Below are positions 27,558 to 33,565 of a stretch of DNA of 33,565 nt, in pieces; position 1 is the first letter of the stretch, and each line of letters starts with the position of its first letter. Below the pieces are notes generated by a model. The model was given only the letters and a program-made list of their open reading frames with translations. It was not told where the DNA came from and did no database searches. The stretch lies in assembly GCA_046758445.1 (NCBI GenBank), contig JBHIAE010000030.1, positions 1 to 33,565 on the forward strand, given 5' to 3'. Source of the DNA: Candidatus Thorarchaeota archaeon (GTDB lineage: Archaea; Asgardarchaeota; Thorarchaeia; Thorarchaeales; Thorarchaeaceae). The position numbers and the translations under genes are program-made.

Positions 27558-28632
27558 CCGCCTAGTCCACCTCTTGAACGTCTTTTGCTGCTCACTATAT
27601 CATTGGTATCAGTAGAGATCCCTGAGGCCGGTCAACGAGAGGGCATGTCGAATGCCCCTCTTCTCAGCTCTCCGGTGTTTCTTTTGCTAACACTCCCCAT
27701 TCGAGATATAAATGATATGTGGCTCTCATCGGGGTTTTCGACGAGCAAAGTGAGGAGGCACCATTTCATCATCCAGCCGATGAAGAATCCTCCCGCCTGC
27801 CATCTGTGTGGACGTTCGTTGCTCCTCATATCATGGCACAATGTCAACATCTGTTCGACGGTCGAATGACTGATTTCCGGGTCAGTCTTGGTCCTTCACT
27901 ATAGTTTATCAAGCCCTTTTCACCACTCATACCATGTCGATTTATCGACATCTTGGTCGCTATATCTCCACCAGTCATTGTTTCATAGAATAGCTATATC
28001 TCTGATTATATTTCCCCTATTGTTGATTCAATATTCCAAGGAAGGGGAAAAGGTGCATATGATTTGGTAGAGGCTGGCCATGCACTGATCGAATTCCTGG
28101 ATATGTCTTCAGAATGAGAAACTGAATTGAAGTGGTTTGGACTGATCTGGCGTATTCGAAAACCGGGTACACTCATTGCATCTACCGAGCAAGTATGGCT
28201 GCACCTATATTCACTTGCTGTGTACCAGCACCCTTTTTCGAGGATAATCAGGGTTCTTTTCGTCGTTTTTGCACTGGCTCATCATATGCCACGGTTTGTG
28301 AGTATGCGGTGATTGTTGTCGAGTAAGTTGGTGGCTTGGTATTGGTATTCTGATTATTCCAGAGAGGCGCATCCCAGACCTGAATCTGATTTCTGACGGT
28401 TACAGATTACAAGGTACATTTCCTCTTCATGCCGCTAAATGGTACAAACAGGCCCGTTATAGGGAATCCACGAACTAATGAAATACACTAATGAATATCA
28501 CAATAATCTTGGTCCATTATCACTCAGTTTTTGCGGCACGTCCAAAAATAGTAATTTCACTCCAAAAATCGAAAATGTGATGAAACCAGGCATATTACAA
28601 GATGCAATATACGAATGCAGACTTGAGGACAT

Positions 28633-28910
28633 GTACACGTTTGCCTTGTATGGTCAGAGGATCGTTACTACTCCTCCTCTAAATAGACACCGACGCGCGT
28701 TTGTTTGGTTTCTCTCCCTCCGAATGAACATGTACCGTCCAAGGGCAAACGTTTACAGATGGTGCGCTAGGCGATAAGCGTGTACCGCACCTTACACAAG
28801 AAAGAGATGAAGAACGAGCACCATCAGACCCGTGGTCGGCCAGTGCGGGTCAAAGGGGGCGGTACACGCTCACAATCACGACCCTGCTTCTCGCAGACTC
28901 TTGCGTTTAC
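28633..28910. promoter_or_regulatory. Cluster of RCGTKTAC motif copies (putative protein-binding sites)
   Basis: Copies at 28633(-), 28749(+), 28778(+), 28862(-), 28903(+); variant ACATGTAC at 28728. Confidence 0.5.
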
Positions 28911-28968
28911 ATTCTCTAGACACAAATATAGGCGCTGCCGAGTGATGTCTAGACCAGAAGGCGTCAGA

Positions 28969-30224
28969 ATGGAGCCCGATGTAGATGTTGTCATTATTGG
29001 TGCAGGACCAGCAGGTCTAGCCGCTGCGAGAAGCCTTGATGATTCCGACGTTAGTTATCTTCTCTTATTCAGGGAGTCATCTCCATGTGAGACCAAGCCA
29101 TGTGGCGGGTTCATTCCGCGGAGGGCCCTCGAAGAGTTCGACGTGGGCAGAATCCAAGGTTCACACTCAGTTACTGGTGTAAGAATCAAGTTTCCTGGAA
29201 TGGAGATGGCATGCATAGATTTCGAAGAGGATATTGGTGTGAACGTTTCGAGAGCAGACCTCGGACATGCCCACTCTCTCAGATTCAAGACGCGAGAACA
29301 TCCGTCTGGCGCAAATCAGAGGTACACCAAGTCCTTATCGATAAAGAGAGATGCCGGGTTATCTACTCCAGAGAAGGGGAGAGAGGAGTCATCAACTGCA
29401 GCATTGTGATAGATGCTAGCGGGGCTAATCCTGCATCACAGAGATCCACTCCGTTCAGAAAGAGAATTCCCAATTCTCTGATGGGATATGCCGTTCAATA
29501 CCAGATGAAACTCCCGGTGCGCTCGGAGCCTCTGGATGAAGTAAATGATTTCTACTATGGGGGTGAATACTCTCCTCGAGGTTATGCATGGGTGTTTCCT
29601 CGTGGAAGAGAAGTGGCCTTGGGAACGGGGGGACTGATAGCTCGCGTACGGGAGTCGAAGATGCGTGTTGGGGAGTACCTAGACATCCTTGTGAATCAGG
29701 TTGAACCGATACGCACGCTGCTAGAGAACGCAAGAATAGTCCGAAGAGAGGCAGCATTAATGCCACTTTCTGGCATAGTGACGCCATCTTACTCGAACCG
29801 ATTGATGATAGCAGGCGATGCTGCCGGGCATTGCTCACCAATTACGGGTGAGGGCATCTTCTATGCTATGTTAGCTGGTGAAGCTGCTGCTCTGACAGCC
29901 ATAGAATCAGTACAGCGGAAAGACTTCTCCGCTCGTACATTGGCAGACTATGAGAAGAGATGGGTTTCTAAGTTTGGGTCAGATCTCAAGTGGGGTCTAT
30001 GGCTTCAGCACAGATTCCTGAAATCGGGATCGAGTTCTCTTGGTTCCCAGTTTCTGGGCTCGGAAAGATCGAGCAGGATAATTGCCGAAATGCTGGTAGG
30101 AAAGAGGTCTGTGAGAAGTGCAATCGTGAACGCCATCCCCGGCTATATTCGTTCCAAGTTCGGTGTTAAGAAAAGGCAACCATGGTCTTTATCAATCGGG
30201 TTACTCCGTAAGGGGCGCAGGTGA
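28969..30224 (+). pseudogene. Geranylgeranyl reductase family FAD oxidoreductase, frameshifted near 29270-29282
   Basis: DVVIIGAGPAG and KPCGG in one frame; IDASG, GYAWVFP, AGDAAG..SPITGEGI in the other. Confidence 0.85.
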
Positions 30225-30230
30225 GTTAGA

Positions 30231-31268
30231 ATGAGGCGCATTGCACTAATTATGGCTATATCTGTGATTCTTACAGCAACTATGCTTCCTGTTGTAGCAG
30301 CACCTACAGATCAAGGCTTGGATTGGGGCGTTGAAACCCTAGATTCGTTCATCTACAACGTCACCATAGATGACGTACTCGGATTGATGGGCACAGACGG
30401 ATCTGAGAAGATCAATCTAACTGTTGGAACGCTCTCAGCGATTCCTGATGGGATTACAAATTACACTGATATCCCCCCCGTCATGGTTGTTTCTAATTTC
30501 ATCAACGGCTCTCCCGATGTGTCGTCGTGGGGAGGGGTTATGGGATACTACTCGTTTGGTGTGGTGCTACCCATCGGAAATTGGAGTCTGCTTACAGAGC
30601 TTTACAGTGCTGTAGACACATTCTATGGTGAACCTGGCAATGTAACCTTCTTCGAAGACTGGCTCCATTGGGGTTATACCTTGAATTTCACAGCGAATTT
30701 TCAATCTCCATCATTCCTTGCAGATCTCTGGATAACTGTCCGGCAACTAAAAGCAGACGGGGTTCTTGTGTCAATGAATTTTGCCATGTACAACGAGAGT
30801 TCCGTTGACCATAACCTGGTGCTTCGGTACAATTCTTTTCGAGATGGTGATCTACCAGCGATTACTCATCCCCAGGATATCACATATGATGAAGGGGCGA
30901 CGGGATACGAAATATCCTGGAGTGCATCGGACCTGAACCCTGCTGGATACATATTGGAGATTGATGGAGCAGAAGTCGGTCGGGGTTTGTGGAACTCTTC
31001 GTCAGAAATTGTGACATTGTCTGTTGATGGATTCGCGTTAGGCGATCATGAATGTACAATCTACTTCATAGAAGCAAGTGGGCTCAATAGCTCAGACACA
31101 GTGATTGTTTCGGTGAATGGAGATTCGACTACAACCACTACTACAACTACATCAACGGACACTACTACTCCACCTCCTGGTCTTCCAGACACATTGACTC
31201 TGATAGCAGTCGTAGGCGGAGTTGGCGTGCTCTTGATCGTAATTGTGATCTTAGCACGAAGAAGGTAA
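30231..31268 (+). CDS. Secreted cell-surface protein with Ig-like domain, Thr-rich linker and C-terminal TM anchor
   Basis: Signal peptide; multiple N-x-S/T sequons; PAITHPQDITYDEG...ISW...D.NP beta-rich domain; poly-Thr; TM helix ending RRR. Confidence 0.85.
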   Translation: MRRIALIMAISVILTATMLPVVAAPTDQGLDWGVETLDSFIYNVTIDDVLGLMGTDGSEKINLTVGTLSAIPDGITNYTDIPPVMVVSNFINGSPDVSSWGGVMGYYSFGVVLPIGNWSLLTELYSAVDTFYGEPGNVTFFEDWLHWGYTLNFTANFQSPSFLADLWITVRQLKADGVLVSMNFAMYNESSVDHNLVLRYNSFRDGDLPAITHPQDITYDEGATGYEISWSASDLNPAGYILEIDGAEVGRGLWNSSSEIVTLSVDGFALGDHECTIYFIEASGLNSSDTVIVSVNGDSTTTTTTTTSTDTTTPPPGLPDTLTLIAVVGGVGVLLIVIVILARRR

Positions 31269-31453
31269 CAAATCTTCTATAACTCAACGTTTCAGAACAA
31301 TCTGATGCGTTGAGTCACTTCCACTCTTTTCTCCTCAACTCCGAGAGATCTCGGAGGATTGTTGCAGAGATACTTCTCGGAGTCGGGTCTGTTAGAAGTG
31401 CAACTATACAGATGATTCCGGGTTGTGTCCTTTCAAGAATCAGCTGGTCCTGA

Positions 31454-32857
31454 CTACCTATCGTTGAGCATTCCAATAGCATCCTCGATCCATTCAGACT
31501 CAAGCTCCTGAATTGCTCTGTTGAGTCTGGGACTGTGTTGGGAAAGAGCCTTCCTGGCGATTGACACTGCGACATCCTTTGGCAGATGTGGGATTCTTGA
31601 GATGACCTCCAACTGTACTTCGTCGTTCTGATCAGTAACCAAACTCTGGAGAAGCTCATATGCGGAACGCGTTCCATAGCCTCCTATGGCTTTGACGACG
31701 TCCTTTCGCACGCTCGGGCTCCTGTGTCTTGACAGAACTCTTAGTGCTGAGAGACTCCGGTTTCGTCTATGCCCCTTCGCCTTGACCAATCCTAGAATTC
31801 CAGAAACATCAAGTATGCTGGCCTCGATGGGAGAATCCGATATCTCGGAGAGGTTTCGGGACACAATCATTGAGAGGCCCCGGGCGCCCGCCTTCTTTGT
31901 TCCCTCGTTCTTTGACTTAAGCATCTGTTGGAACAGTTCAAGGACTGCAGGGTCGTCTGCCTTTGCCAGTGTTTCAACGGCGAGTTCCTGAACACGATTG
32001 GTTGACCTCTTGGCAATGTCCTTCAGCTTCTCATTGCAGTACCTAGTTCTCAGCGAACGAATGGTTTCCATTGCAGCCATTCTCTGCCTTGGATTGTCAA
32101 AGTCAAGGGCACGTTTGGCCTCGCCCAGCATCTTGATCCATTCTATCTCGGCGGATTCAGGCAATGTCGACGAGCTGCTCGCGTGATGCTTCAAAGTATC
32201 ATACCATTCATCTGCAGGGACCTCTCTCAGCATTTGTTCCGGCTCAAAACCAAGTGAGGTGAGAGCTTCCGAGATCTTCTTCCAGTATCGCTCACCAACC
32301 ACATTGGCTACTCTATGTTCATGTACAACATCGAGGATCATTCGCCCATATGTAGTGTTGAGAAGTTGCTGTAGGAAGTAGTCAGACCTCTTTCTGGTGC
32401 CTGTTAGCACGGTTCTGTACAAGACAATACACGTTTCTACCTCCTTGGCCCTTCGGGAAATCACTTCTGGAGCAAGAACAACATATCTCGAAGCAGAAGC
32501 CCTCTCTAAGTCAAAACCACCAAGATTGAACTTGCTGCTTTCTGTTTCCAACAGGCGATTAGAGTGATCAAGAATGGCTTGGCGCATGTCTTCCAGACTC
32601 TGCATGGTGTCTACCAGTCTGAGAATATCATATGAGGGGGACTCCAGTGCACAAAAGACAGGTTCGATATCCAAGAGAACAGCTATGTGGTCTCTAATCC
32701 TCAGGTCGGGAGTATCGCTTCTTTTGATGATATTCTCCAAGGTTTCTGCGATTTGTTCCGCTCGCCCGTTCTTCACTGCATCAAAGAGAAGTCTTGAGCT
32801 ACCTTCAAAGCTGCCTTTTCTGATTTGGTCAAGGAGGAGGTCAGACGTCGACACCAA
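31454..32857 (-). CDS. HEAT-repeat protein
   Basis: C-terminal repeats such as PSVRKDVVKAIG and LVTDQNDEVQLEVI. Confidence 0.75.
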   Translation of the reverse strand: MVSTSDLLLDQIRKGSFEGSSRLLFDAVKNGRAEQIAETLENIIKRSDTPDLRIRDHIAVLLDIEPVFCALESPSYDILRLVDTMQSLEDMRQAILDHSNRLLETESSKFNLGGFDLERASASRYVVLAPEVISRRAKEVETCIVLYRTVLTGTRKRSDYFLQQLLNTTYGRMILDVVHEHRVANVVGERYWKKISEALTSLGFEPEQMLREVPADEWYDTLKHHASSSSTLPESAEIEWIKMLGEAKRALDFDNPRQRMAAMETIRSLRTRYCNEKLKDIAKRSTNRVQELAVETLAKADDPAVLELFQQMLKSKNEGTKKAGARGLSMIVSRNLSEISDSPIEASILDVSGILGLVKAKGHRRNRSLSALRVLSRHRSPSVRKDVVKAIGGYGTRSAYELLQSLVTDQNDEVQLEVISRIPHLPKDVAVSIARKALSQHSPRLNRAIQELESEWIEDAIGMLNDR

Positions 32858-32959
32858 TGGGCATTCCTACAAATCAGTATAGGTCGGTGCTTAAGTAGAC
32901 GTACCTGACTGCAACGACCTCTGAAGTACGTGGGGTCGTGCACAGACGAAGGAGTCAGT

Positions 32960-33235
32960 CTAGGACCCGACGCCTCTCATTTTGTGCACGATAAAGCATT
33001 TTTTTCGGTAACCCTCATCGTCTAATTGGTTGATGAAGTTCTCAAGTCTCTTGACTCGCGTGAACTCTTCCTCTATTCCAAGGTCTCTGACAGAGATCAA
33101 TGCCTTCTTCTTCTCGATTCTTACGTAGACCCCACCTAGGCCTACCGAATGCTTCATGTATACAGGGTCCTCTAGTCGTCCTTTGACTCTATAGAAGCCC
33201 TGCCTTCTCAACATCCTTGTGACCATATTCATCAT
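32960..33235 (-). CDS. Small basic hypothetical protein
   Basis: 91-aa ORF with GGGAGG SD upstream and coding-like composition. Confidence 0.65.
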   Translation of the reverse strand: MMNMVTRMLRRQGFYRVKGRLEDPVYMKHSVGLGGVYVRIEKKKALISVRDLGIEEEFTRVKRLENFINQLDDEGYRKKCFIVHKMRGVGS

Positions 33236-33271
33236 AGTTGTCGAGCCCTCCCGGCGGCTGACAGAAAAACA

Positions 33272-33515
33272 GTAAACGCATCCCCCAATATAAACACATT
33301 AGGTTTCAAATGGTAAACGTTTGATTTGTGAAGAAAAAGGATGACGCACAAATCATTCACAAGAGCGGCGAAATCTGCACAGAATGCCCATACAGAGCGT
33401 AGGACTGCACAATGCCACTAACCTAGCCTCAAAAAGCTTCCAGCGCGCCAAATGTGTGCAATCACATGGGTTAACGTTTACTAACCATTTTTACCAGTTT
33501 TCGGGTAACGTGTAC
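33272..33515. promoter_or_regulatory. Second cluster of RCGTKTAC motif copies
   Basis: Copies at 33272(-), 33313(-), 33474(+), 33508(+). Confidence 0.5.
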
Positions 33516-33565
33516 TGCAACATGACGTTCTCTTGGCACTCTGATGAGAATGTGTGGTTTGAAGG

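Noticed and set aside
28031-28054. Canonical ORB element (TTCCAAGGAAGGGG)
   Set aside because: Only a single weak resemblance to the ORB consensus and no cdc6/orc1 gene nearby
27231-28777. ORF-track ORFs 27231-27869, 27632-27850, 27888-28070, 28127-28326 and 28478-28777
   Set aside because: No recognisable domains or SD sites, atypical composition; some are antisense shadows of real genes
27558-28944. RNase P RNA, SRP RNA, tRNA or CRISPR array
   Set aside because: No GAGGAAAGTCC-type P4 motif, SRP helix-8 motif, cloverleaf or regularly spaced 25-40 nt repeats found by eye
31125-31170. ACT/ACA tandem repeat as a DNA repeat element
   Set aside because: Explained by the Thr-rich linker of the surface protein
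31315-31677. Frameshifted C-terminal extension of the HEAT protein (ALLTDPTPRSISATILRDL)
   Set aside because: Only vague HEAT resemblance; the main ORF ends plausibly and no slip site is evident
1-33565. Genome-wide TAG reassignment to pyrrolysine
   Set aside because: Well-defined genes (phoU, pstA, pstC, pfkA, corA) end at TAG at their expected lengths; no pyl genes in the window

Overview
Gene-dense archaeal chromosomal segment, most likely from an Asgard archaeon (Thorarchaeota-like). That assignment is inferred from tandem Rab-like small GTPases, an Ig-like surface protein with a Thr-rich linker and C-terminal membrane anchor, a geranylgeranyl reductase, TPR and HEAT proteins, and archaeal-style GGAGG/GGTGA ribosome-binding sites. 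Recognisable genes: pstSCAB-phoU phosphate operon, bacterial-type ATP-dependent pfkA, corA, an orphan amino-DNA methyltransferase, GNAT, DinB, LysE, DUF389, an ATP-grasp protein and two stand-alone receiver proteins. I found no rRNA, tRNA, CRISPR array or mobile element. Main points of interest: (1) a coupled gene pair encoding an HD phosphohydrolase and a highly divergent RtcB-fold protein, each interrupted by one in-frame stop, followed by an FAD oxidoreductase; (2) a ~1.4 kb ORF-poor, hairpin-rich region carrying a cluster of an 8-bp motif (RCGTKTAC) that clusters again at the window end; (3) a canonical receiver, atypical receiver and TPR/Cys4 protein module with no kinase; (4) several structured intergenic elements, upstream of corA, lysE and an ECF-like gene. 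All calls come from reading motifs by eye; no database search was run.
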